DNA from: a virus
IMG/VR virus record: IMGVR_UViG_3300025174_000005
DNA length: 64,000 nt
Direction: 5' to 3' (one strand)
Program-made: the position numbers and the translations under genes
Shown here: positions 30,101 to 38,033 of the stretch, one piece after another
Layout: each line of letters starts with the position of its first letter
Position numbering within the stretch: the stretch's first letter is position 1
The notes under the pieces: model-generated
Told to the model about the DNA's origin: nothing
The model's database searches: none
The model's input: only the letters and a program-made list of their open reading frames with translations

Positions 30101-33100
30101 CTATTAGGGACATTGATTGACCAGCTGTTGATTTGCTGAGTGCGTCTTTTAAGTGTACCCAGAAATCTCCCATAAGAGTTTCAGCCATGTCACTTTCATC
30201 TTCAGCACTAGCTGCTCCATAGGGCATCATCATATTAACCATGAGATCTCTATGTTCATATAGCTGTATGTCTTTAATTTTGGCATTAGGCTTAGCAACG
30301 GGGAATATATTCATTAATTCTCTACCATCACCTTCGGCTATAACCTCTACTACTTCTCCTACCTCTGTAGCTACTACCGTTCCATTAAACACAACGGGCA
30401 ACCGCAATCCATTGGAACCATATCCCAATCTAAAATGTATGCGTATACCTGGGCGTATTGCTGTTTGCTCCCACTGGCGCGTGCGCTGTTCATTTATGTA
30501 TTCTATTATCTCTCTATTAGGAATAAGATAAGCTAGATATGAAGCGCCCAACCATGCAAAGTAATCACCTATCATAGCAGGGAATCCACCTAATGCATTA
30601 TTGTTTGCTCCAGCATTAGTGGTTTGAAGAACATGTCTACCGTAATCAGCACCTAGATCTTGCCATCCACCCTGTACCATACTGTGGTATGCATTAGCAA
30701 ATGTGAATGTAGCTATATGCACTGGTTCTCGACGATCCATACGGACCGTAGCATCCATAAGAGAATTTAGGCTAGCAAAGATAGGTATGCATTTAAACCA
30801 CCATATCATTGGTCCTTCATCGAGTAACTGAAGAACATATGTAGGGAATGCTAATACCAATCTTCCTGTTTGATCATAGGTTAATAAATCATGGTAAGCA
30901 GCTCTATCTGACTTACCAGGTTTATATCTAGGAACAGGGGCTGTTGCAGCTATAACATCATTTACTGTATTGGATTCTGTATCTGTCTCTGCTAATATCT
31001 GTCTAACAGATCTGTTGGGTATTTCTATTTTCATCTGAGCGGAATTATTATCTCCATGTGTACCACTCTTTGTTTGCACACCACCAGTTAACTGAGCATT
31101 GGCCTTAAATTTACCTGATGCACCAAGAATATTATTAATATATGCTTGAACTGTAGGTTTTTTAAATGCTGCTCCTGATAGTACGTTACCTAGACCATCG
31201 TTATATGCAGCAAGAGCTTGCTGATAGTCTCCCTTAGTTGCTTTAAGTTGTAATCCTAAATACTTAGCCGATAGGCGTATATTGATTTCTGGATCGTAAA
31301 GCTTATTAAGTAATCGCTGGTTGTTGATTTTCCCCGTATTACTAAATGTATTAATTATATTGGGATCACAAGCAGCCTTCTCCTCAGCTCCAAGAAAACC
31401 ACCTAGAGCTCTAGATGCATCACATGCAGCGGCAGGTCCTAGCTGACCCATACCCACATATCCAGTTGGGCTCTTAGCATGAGCCTGAAAATTACTCTCT
31501 GTTCTAAATAATTCTGTTAGTACAACTGGATCTATATTATTTTCTTTAGCAGCAGAAACAATAGTATCTTTTATTTTTGACATTTGTAATTCATCTTGCA
31601 CCGAATTGTTAGCATAAGTATCTATAGCTCTTGATGGTATAGATATATTATTGGTTTTAGATTCTATAGCTACTAGTGTAATAGGAGTTGGTTTAGTTGA
31701 TGCTGGTAAACCTAAAGATGTTTCTATTTTACCTGTTATACTTTGAGGTACTGGTTGTGGCCCTAAAGCTGCTGAATTAAATCTTTCTATTTCATCTAGT
31801 TTAGCTTTAAGATCATCTGCCCTAGCATTAAATATATGCTGCTCAAATTTATCTATACGCTCTCGCTCTTCTTTAGTGGTTGCATTTGCTTTTGCTTCTT
31901 CTAGTATCTTACGAGCTTCAGCATCTGTCTCTTGAACTAGCCTAGCATTCTCACTAACTCCTATTGATGTTGTATCTATAATGGAGTTAACCATTTCATT
32001 CATAGGTAAACCATCATGATGCGGATGAGTAATTATACTCCCGTATTTCTGCCTACCTATAGCTTTTGCTGTCATCCTATCGTTTGTACCATCAGGATTA
32101 ACCGAGAAGTTAGAAGCATAGGTCATTTCTAAACCATCGATCTCAGCATCATTGAGAGCATCTAATATGTGTGCTTGAAGTAATCCTACCCATGTAGTTT
32201 TATCCTGAGATAGTGGCCATGCCATATAGAAATCAGGATCAACATACAAACCATTATTTTCTTTAATATGTCTAACTAAGATAGCTCGTTGTTCTGTAAA
32301 CTCAGGAACTAGTTTGATGATATCAAGTAATCCCTGACTAAATTCTTTAAAAGTAGGTAATTGAAGATCTGGATAGAGTTGCAAGGTTTGCATACTCTCT
32401 AAAGCCATCTCTATTAATTCTTTATCTATACTACGACCAGCACTTTCAACATTGGTATTGTTTTCTAAGTACTTCTTAAATTCATCTGATGCAAAGAAGT
32501 CGCTTTGAAATACGTGTTTAACATCTTTAAATGCTCTTTCGGCGCGATTGAAAGAAGCGAAACTCATAGTAATCTGACGCCAGCCAGGGAAACCCTGTAC
32601 GTCATCCATAAGGATGACTTGTGGTACTACATATCTGATACCTAATAACTTTAAGATAGGATGATCTATGGTCATAAAACCATCGTTTATTTCAAAGCGA
32701 TATTCTCTAGCATATTTCTGAGCATTCTTAAATAAGTTTACTAAGTCTGTTATGAGATTATTGTCATTATTAGCAATTAAGGTAACAACTATTCTATCTT
32801 CTTGTGAACCCATAAATTGGTGAGGGGCAATCTCTTGATCGTGCATACGCATAAGAGTAATCTGATTTTCCATTGTTACGCTCATCTGCGTGATAATAAT
32901 AGGTTCTTGTGTATTTAAGGTTAAGAGATGATCTGAGATACCATTTTCTATCCATTGAGTTCTTAATTTCTTTAGTGCATCTTCTAGATCTGCGACTTGT
33001 TCTCTAGCACGGGATAGTTCTTGTACACGAAGTAATGCACCTATGCGCTTACGTTGCTCTAATGCCTCTTCTGCAACTAGACTAAAGGATATCTCACTAT

Positions 33101-34286
33101 TCCACTGTGACTTAAGCAATTCTGCTCCACTAGCTATATCGTCCCAATAAGAAGTTAATTTGGCATTATTGGGATTTGTACCTAGTGGTGTATGTTTAAA
33201 TGCATTGCTTTCTGGATCTATGGTATGTTTAATTAGATTAGCTGTAATAGATTTGTGATAGTTTGTCCAGTGCCATCTAAATACAGGCCATATAAATGCA
33301 TCTGTAAAAAAATGTACGTGAGGCATATATACTTTATAGTTAAAAGCAAGCATAGATAAACGCACCTTTAATGCTTGAGGTAATCCAGGTACGGTGCCTA
33401 TTTGCATACTCATTAATGTAATGGCATCTATTTCATAATCTATGGTTAGCTTACTATTGAGCACTGGTAAGAAGGGTGTCTGTCTGAATTGAGCTACTAA
33501 TGAAGCTAAACAATTAGGATCTCCGAATACTACTTCTTCACCACTATCTCTTTTAATCTTTTTAACATTACTTGCATTACCAAATATCTCATTAAGGTTA
33601 GAAAAAGTTAATTCTATCTCTATGCGAATATCAGATCTACCAGCAAAGTGTTGTTGTGCACCAGGCGTACGAATCGTACTAAGAGCCGTTGTTTGAAATA
33701 CTTTATTGACAGATATATTCTCTGGTGGTATATGAAATATACTATCTCCTAATCTAAAATAAGTAGGATCACCCAGTAGGTCCTCTCTATCAGGAAAATC
33801 AAATGCCTCAGGAAAGTCATTGTTTTCAAAGAGAGCTTCGTAATTTCCACTAAAACCACCTATATTTAATCCTAATGTTTCCTTACCTTCTTGGCGAAAC
33901 TCTCGATTGGCTTCTGCAACTATTAATTTACCACCAAGTCTCTCTGCATTAGTTATTGCACTTTGAACAGTAGAAATACCATTATCAGGCATGGCTACTA
34001 ACTTACTCACAAAGCCCACAGCACCCATAGCTTCTTGTCTAAAGAGGGGTAATATAACTGGGGAGAAGAATTGATCGCGAGTAAGAGATAAGTTGCTTTC
34101 GCCATCAACTATATCAGATACATATTGTCGTGCTTTGCGAACCAGTTCTTGATTGGGATTTTGTTTTCTAAGTTCTGGAAGGATAGTAATAAGAGCATTA
34201 CCACTATCAATTATCTTAAGAAGATCCTTACGATCTTGACTGGTAAGTAATTTAGATGCTTCGTTAGGATTAGTATCTCTAGACAT
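27174..34286 (-). CDS. Giant baseplate hub/tail lysin: tube-like domains, lytic transglycosylase, hub, C-terminal M23 peptidase
   Basis: SLT: TESNF, GMGQL, NIRLSAKYL, ALAAYNDG (~31120-31570). Hub: RPGIRIHFRLGYG. M23: HQGIDI, YAHL, HLHFE (~27190-27620). Confidence 0.85.
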   Translation of the reverse strand: MSRDTNPNEASKLLTSQDRKDLLKIIDSGNALITILPELRKQNPNQELVRKARQYVSDIVDGESNLSLTRDQFFSPVILPLFRQEAMGAVGFVSKLVAMPDNGISTVQSAITNAERLGGKLIVAEANREFRQEGKETLGLNIGGFSGNYEALFENNDFPEAFDFPDREDLLGDPTYFRLGDSIFHIPPENISVNKVFQTTALSTIRTPGAQQHFAGRSDIRIEIELTFSNLNEIFGNASNVKKIKRDSGEEVVFGDPNCLASLVAQFRQTPFLPVLNSKLTIDYEIDAITLMSMQIGTVPGLPQALKVRLSMLAFNYKVYMPHVHFFTDAFIWPVFRWHWTNYHKSITANLIKHTIDPESNAFKHTPLGTNPNNAKLTSYWDDIASGAELLKSQWNSEISFSLVAEEALEQRKRIGALLRVQELSRAREQVADLEDALKKLRTQWIENGISDHLLTLNTQEPIIITQMSVTMENQITLMRMHDQEIAPHQFMGSQEDRIVVTLIANNDNNLITDLVNLFKNAQKYAREYRFEINDGFMTIDHPILKLLGIRYVVPQVILMDDVQGFPGWRQITMSFASFNRAERAFKDVKHVFQSDFFASDEFKKYLENNTNVESAGRSIDKELIEMALESMQTLQLYPDLQLPTFKEFSQGLLDIIKLVPEFTEQRAILVRHIKENNGLYVDPDFYMAWPLSQDKTTWVGLLQAHILDALNDAEIDGLEMTYASNFSVNPDGTNDRMTAKAIGRQKYGSIITHPHHDGLPMNEMVNSIIDTTSIGVSENARLVQETDAEARKILEEAKANATTKEERERIDKFEQHIFNARADDLKAKLDEIERFNSAALGPQPVPQSITGKIETSLGLPASTKPTPITLVAIESKTNNISIPSRAIDTYANNSVQDELQMSKIKDTIVSAAKENNIDPVVLTELFRTESNFQAHAKSPTGYVGMGQLGPAAACDASRALGGFLGAEEKAACDPNIINTFSNTGKINNQRLLNKLYDPEINIRLSAKYLGLQLKATKGDYQQALAAYNDGLGNVLSGAAFKKPTVQAYINNILGASGKFKANAQLTGGVQTKSGTHGDNNSAQMKIEIPNRSVRQILAETDTESNTVNDVIAATAPVPRYKPGKSDRAAYHDLLTYDQTGRLVLAFPTYVLQLLDEGPMIWWFKCIPIFASLNSLMDATVRMDRREPVHIATFTFANAYHSMVQGGWQDLGADYGRHVLQTTNAGANNNALGGFPAMIGDYFAWLGASYLAYLIPNREIIEYINEQRTRQWEQTAIRPGIRIHFRLGYGSNGLRLPVVFNGTVVATEVGEVVEVIAEGDGRELMNIFPVAKPNAKIKDIQLYEHRDLMVNMMMPYGAASAEDESDMAETLMGDFWVHLKDALSKSTAGQSMSLIGKGWKVVHFGRPVYPEPIMNAMKAQVNSNKRFLVQSMQETLERINAKGIPLPDQLILASVAINFDNLTFFGRTTMDLIEPLRGFYLASTDPKAFYGEIGENIYSPADVARLAKKEDTPTQEDFLRSGGHKLNMFIFNKNPWDVMTLCMQTSPNFYLQVRPFEYRSTLFFGEGYYDFRYAYHRVSSKDIQNNKEHNINVTQTSTSQVGVKDIQRIKDLTRTILNSLRMIQSTQNILISDVAMTLLANDIILKEVELQQLTNQKYKPIFNGNIDHPNTDEVRAQLEKVLMEQSLIARGRELNQTLAQNAQTAPGSTTVSNTDPNPAYINDPRFGLPVAYKIKTFSQAHIFTSGNIIANDIQVNNDLVYTDMHAVWYVSDSEPKIEPQVIDSAIFPQYRKNQVVDTRFLATKFSDPWDHAGFGIPNLFLNFLTAGIWGGIKDLINNTINGWPLSSAHRQAIKITRSLLRDSAREMYQGSLLVMGTPWAFPCDKFYLADSYVEMNGVADIKAVTHHFGFDTGFVTDITPDIACAVKGDRLWANYLVGIAAIGATVVVRNAVTTWLAHSAAKLKNTLLKAGNTLNKTKQLFQTANSAQATAIVDGFENPTTSTLSKGKDLINKFSKSGGDALNKIKGMIHIIARAKRLNTLGKMIKAGKTTTSAGKNIIQLIKAGSVVLKATAVGEAATGVGAPVAAVQFAVSLVLDILVWLVVDRIFLSIEYWQSSKYSLIIAPLNFRGREYTAGIAGHRQGTVVTLGGDDIPNASSDDFTQQIKQIREAGKQAEDEYKGKQPNTNNEELAPQGARGGTKSLPPSTSKQPADTSKPVPVKSGQYVRPGNGPTTSSFGVNRGDHIHQGIDIGVPEGSAIRAISDGYVEALGTQIGSSGRGYGNWLAINHDDGTAAGYAHLQNYEFDPTTMARIRRGEKVRIIKGQVVARSGVSGAPGQPHLHFEAALGPNKVLSGLSGDTVDPCSTFGIC

Positions 34287-34288
34287 AT

Positions 34289-37200
34289 TTACCTTTTATG
34301 AAGTAGATGTAGTAATTCATCTTCAACTGTTTCTTTGATTTTCTTGCGGTGATCTTGTGATGTGATATGAATATTGGTTGGCATTTGAACTTGAGATAGT
34401 GATTGACCAACCAATTGATGTAGTTGATCGGGGTCTATATCTCCTCTGTCGCGGGCCCTAATGCGCACTTTATACGCATTACCTCCCTTACCTGGTACTG
34501 TCTCATCCATAATACGTGTTGTGCCACCTACTGATGGACTAGCTGGAGGTGTGTAAGAACCATCGGGCATAGGTGTCATGTCTGGACCAGGTGCTATCAT
34601 ATCTGGTTTGAGTTCACGTTGACCTAGTTGTAGTGAAGAAGAAAGTAATCCCGCACCTACGACAGCTGTAGCTAAACCACCTAATCCCCATCGCGCGGAA
34701 CGAGGTAAGCGCATAAAAGCATTCTCTATCATATCAATAGCTTTTCCTGGCTTAGGACGAATTGTTTCAGCAGCCTCAGCTACTCCAGAGGCTGCATGAG
34801 CCCCTACACTACCAGCAACTTCTTCTGTGATATCAGCTGCAGCAGTGAAGCTACCCATAAGATCTTGTAGCTTAGCTCCAGAACGTATCTGGCGTAATCT
34901 TTCTGACATAGGTAGATGAGCGTATTGTTCTGTTAGATTACCTATTAGAGAACTTGTTTGTTGATAGTGGCTTTCTATTACACCTTGTTCTGCGCCATGC
35001 TGAATACCTCTATCTAATCTACGTCTCCATAAATCTGCTTCACTAATAATAGTTTTTGCTTTAACTTCTTCTATAGCTGATTCAGGAGCTATACCTTCTA
35101 CAAATGCCTGGGCTTGAGCAGAACGCAGTTTCTCATTTAGCTCTTCTGCTGTACCTACCATTTTAAACTTAGCTCCGTGGGTTTCCATAGACTGTAGGAT
35201 TAACTCATGCATACCTCCAGTTTCCCCAAGGGGTTTTACTTTAGCATAGTATCCTACTCCACGACTAAGAGCATATAGCTTCTCTTGATTCTGGCGCATA
35301 AGTTCTGCAGACTTCTCAGGTATGGCTGCCCATGGACCTGCTTCAAGTGAAGCACCTGCCGATAAGATCTTTCTACGACCTGGCTCACTCGTAAGAACGT
35401 CCATAATATTCTGGGCTCTAGACGGTGAAGGTATTGCAGTAGCTTGAGGACCTGTTGGTATTGCTGTTATTGGTGTTGTTGTTATTGGTGTTGTTGGTAT
35501 TATTGGTGCTGTTGATGGTGCTGTTGGTAATGCTGTTCGTAGTGCTGTTGATAATGCTGTTGGTAATGCTGTTGATGGTGCTGTTCGTCGTGCTGATGGT
35601 GCTACTGTTGGTGTTGGTATTATTGGTGTTGTGGATTTTATTGTAGATTTTAGATGTGTTGTTGTAATAAACTTTTCTCTAGCTCTTTGCTGTATACTAG
35701 TCATCTGCTTCGCAGCTATATTGTATTGCTCTATACCCACCTGTTCAAATGCTGCAGACTGAGCACTCATTATATCATGTAGTACGGCTACGTCTCTGGC
35801 TGCATACTGGTATCGTTGTTTTGATAGCCTACCACCCCACTTAGATTTTTGTGCTTCTTTAGGCAAGGAAATGTTTAAATATTTAGACGCAAGATATCCT
35901 AGGTTAGATTTACCATACTTAGTTTGACTAAGAACCTGCTCTGCCACCATAGGATCGTATATCTGCCCACCGATTTTATATCCTTCGCCTAATAAAGCTT
36001 TGATATCAAATGGAGCATTTTGTATTATTTTAGGTCTAGAACTAGCGAGGAACTCAGTTAAAATAGATCTACCCTTTTTAGGTAGTTTAAGGAGATCTAC
36101 AATACCAACAGGTCCGCCCTCAGCTGAAAGCTGAAGCAATCTAACTCTCTCTATTGCTTCAGAAAATGCTGTTGTTTCTGTATCTAATGCAATATGACCA
36201 GATGATGGTAGACTCTTAAGGAATTCTTGTAACCCCTTAGCTGTAGTAATACGCTTGTATTGAACTGACTTAGGCTGTAATACTTGTTGAGGCATTGGCC
36301 CAACAAAAGGTTTAGCATAGGATTCAAGAGGGTTTGTAGGTTGACTGGGTAAATTTACAATGTCTTTGGGTGATTTACCACTAGCTAATATTCTCTCATG
36401 CCCTACAAATTGCTTAGCTATATCTTCACGCTGTTCAAAAAGAGCTTGCATTTTAGGTGTGCCATATAGCTCACCAGCTTCGCGATGTTGTTGTATTAGT
36501 TGCTCTATGTTGGCTAACTCTTTAGATGCTTGCGATGCTTTAGCACCAAACTCAGATACTGTTTCTATTTCTGACATACCAGATCTTATATAATCCTGCC
36601 ATGCTGCCATTTGTTGAGCAAAATCTAATGTAGTAGATTTTGCTAGCTTGAGATATGCTTTAGATCTATATCCTGGTGCTTGCGTAGCAGCACGAGTTGC
36701 AATTTTCTGTATTACTTTACGAAATTCATCAAACTCCGCAACCTCAGCAGTATGACCCTTAACTAGTTTTAATATGTCTTCAGAGTGTCTAAATTTCTGA
36801 TAGGAATATATTGCTTGTGGGTGTGTCTGACGCATGTAGGACTCGAATGCTGTTCCAAATACATCAGCTTCTGATAGTTGTGTGGGTAGGGCTGTTTCTG
36901 CAAGAGGAGATATGGACTTAGGACTAAACTGAAAAACTGTTCCCATACCAGATTGTATTTCCCTTTCTCGTTGAGAAAGGGGTCGTAAGACATCCATTGC
37001 CTCCATCTTTTCACGAGACATCACATTAGCAGAAGCCAATTCTTGTGTTAAATCTCTTTTTGCACCAGCTTCTATTATATTACTTGTTTGAGCCAATAAG
37101 TTACGATCTACCTTAGGAGAAGATGTAAACTGAGCTAACCACGAACCCATCATCTTAAGAGGACGCTCGTGTATCTCCCAGGCCATACGCGCCTTACTAG

Positions 37201-38017
37201 AACCAGTCACTACTGTACGGTACCCCTTAAGAGTTTCCTGTACTTCTTCTCCAAAAGAGGGTAAGATTTTCTCAAAGATATGTTGTTCCATAGTATATAT
37301 ATCTTTGATAGTATTAGGTAAGGATATATTAGCACCAAAAGAAGCCTTAAGTAATTGCTTAGTTTTTATGACTACATCTTTGGTAGATGTCTTTTCTATT
37401 TGTTGATATGCTTGCAAGAATTCCTGAACAGATAATTCTCGGTGAAAAAGATTTGCCTGAAGTTGTTTAATTTGATCTAGTGTATATCCTCCACTAGGCA
37501 TTGCACCTGTTACGTCTTGCCATAGCTTCCATTTTTCAGTTCTAGTCATGTTTTCTAGCTGTGTTTGCCAAGAACCAGAAGGAGGTATAATAGTTGGTAG
37601 TGATGTCTTTACAGGAAGACCAGTTAATCCTTCGTGATAAGCAGAAGCGGTAAATCTAATAGTTGGTAATTGTGGACCACCTGTACCACCTATATGACCC
37701 AAACTAATCATTTTACTGATCTTAGATCTAATGCTTACATTATGTGGTGTATGGAGATACTGTCCAAAATAGGATGGTGTGCTTAATGAGGTAGATAGTG
37801 CTCGTTGGATTTCTTTGTGTGTTGTGTAGGTCTGATTAGTAAGAGGAGCAATAAGAATATTCTCTCCTGTAAATGGATCTAGTATAAGATTACTAGATCT
37901 AGTGGTTTGGTTGTGAAGATGCTCGCTCCACGCAGGATTACTAACTGACCTAGCTATGTGAAGAGATTCTCTTGCGCTCTCTTCTCCGTGATTAATTGGA
38001 AAGGGTCCAAATGCCAT
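34289..38017 (-). CDS. Tape-measure/ejection-like protein with an embedded DEDDy 3'-5' exonuclease domain
   Basis: Helical body; ExoI IALDTET, ExoII QNAPFD, ExoIII YAARD at ~35750-36230; Thr/Pro linker; C-terminal hydrophobic helix. Confidence 0.75.
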   Translation of the reverse strand: MAFGPFPINHGEESARESLHIARSVSNPAWSEHLHNQTTRSSNLILDPFTGENILIAPLTNQTYTTHKEIQRALSTSLSTPSYFGQYLHTPHNVSIRSKISKMISLGHIGGTGGPQLPTIRFTASAYHEGLTGLPVKTSLPTIIPPSGSWQTQLENMTRTEKWKLWQDVTGAMPSGGYTLDQIKQLQANLFHRELSVQEFLQAYQQIEKTSTKDVVIKTKQLLKASFGANISLPNTIKDIYTMEQHIFEKILPSFGEEVQETLKGYRTVVTGSSKARMAWEIHERPLKMMGSWLAQFTSSPKVDRNLLAQTSNIIEAGAKRDLTQELASANVMSREKMEAMDVLRPLSQREREIQSGMGTVFQFSPKSISPLAETALPTQLSEADVFGTAFESYMRQTHPQAIYSYQKFRHSEDILKLVKGHTAEVAEFDEFRKVIQKIATRAATQAPGYRSKAYLKLAKSTTLDFAQQMAAWQDYIRSGMSEIETVSEFGAKASQASKELANIEQLIQQHREAGELYGTPKMQALFEQREDIAKQFVGHERILASGKSPKDIVNLPSQPTNPLESYAKPFVGPMPQQVLQPKSVQYKRITTAKGLQEFLKSLPSSGHIALDTETTAFSEAIERVRLLQLSAEGGPVGIVDLLKLPKKGRSILTEFLASSRPKIIQNAPFDIKALLGEGYKIGGQIYDPMVAEQVLSQTKYGKSNLGYLASKYLNISLPKEAQKSKWGGRLSKQRYQYAARDVAVLHDIMSAQSAAFEQVGIEQYNIAAKQMTSIQQRAREKFITTTHLKSTIKSTTPIIPTPTVAPSARRTAPSTALPTALSTALRTALPTAPSTAPIIPTTPITTTPITAIPTGPQATAIPSPSRAQNIMDVLTSEPGRRKILSAGASLEAGPWAAIPEKSAELMRQNQEKLYALSRGVGYYAKVKPLGETGGMHELILQSMETHGAKFKMVGTAEELNEKLRSAQAQAFVEGIAPESAIEEVKAKTIISEADLWRRRLDRGIQHGAEQGVIESHYQQTSSLIGNLTEQYAHLPMSERLRQIRSGAKLQDLMGSFTAAADITEEVAGSVGAHAASGVAEAAETIRPKPGKAIDMIENAFMRLPRSARWGLGGLATAVVGAGLLSSSLQLGQRELKPDMIAPGPDMTPMPDGSYTPPASPSVGGTTRIMDETVPGKGGNAYKVRIRARDRGDIDPDQLHQLVGQSLSQVQMPTNIHITSQDHRKKIKETVEDELLHLLHKR
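35507..35590 (-). repeat. Seven 12-bp tandem repeats encoding T-A-x-x tetrapeptides within a Thr/Pro-rich linker
   Basis: Plus-strand units tgctgtt(gatgg/ggtaa/cgtag/gataa/ggtaa/gatgg/cgtcg). Confidence 0.9.
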
Positions 38018-38033
38018 TTTATTTAACTAACTC

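Noticed and set aside
35750-36230. Exonuclease domain as part of a DNA polymerase gene
   Set aside because: There are no PolA polymerase motifs anywhere in the ORF, and the context is the tail module.
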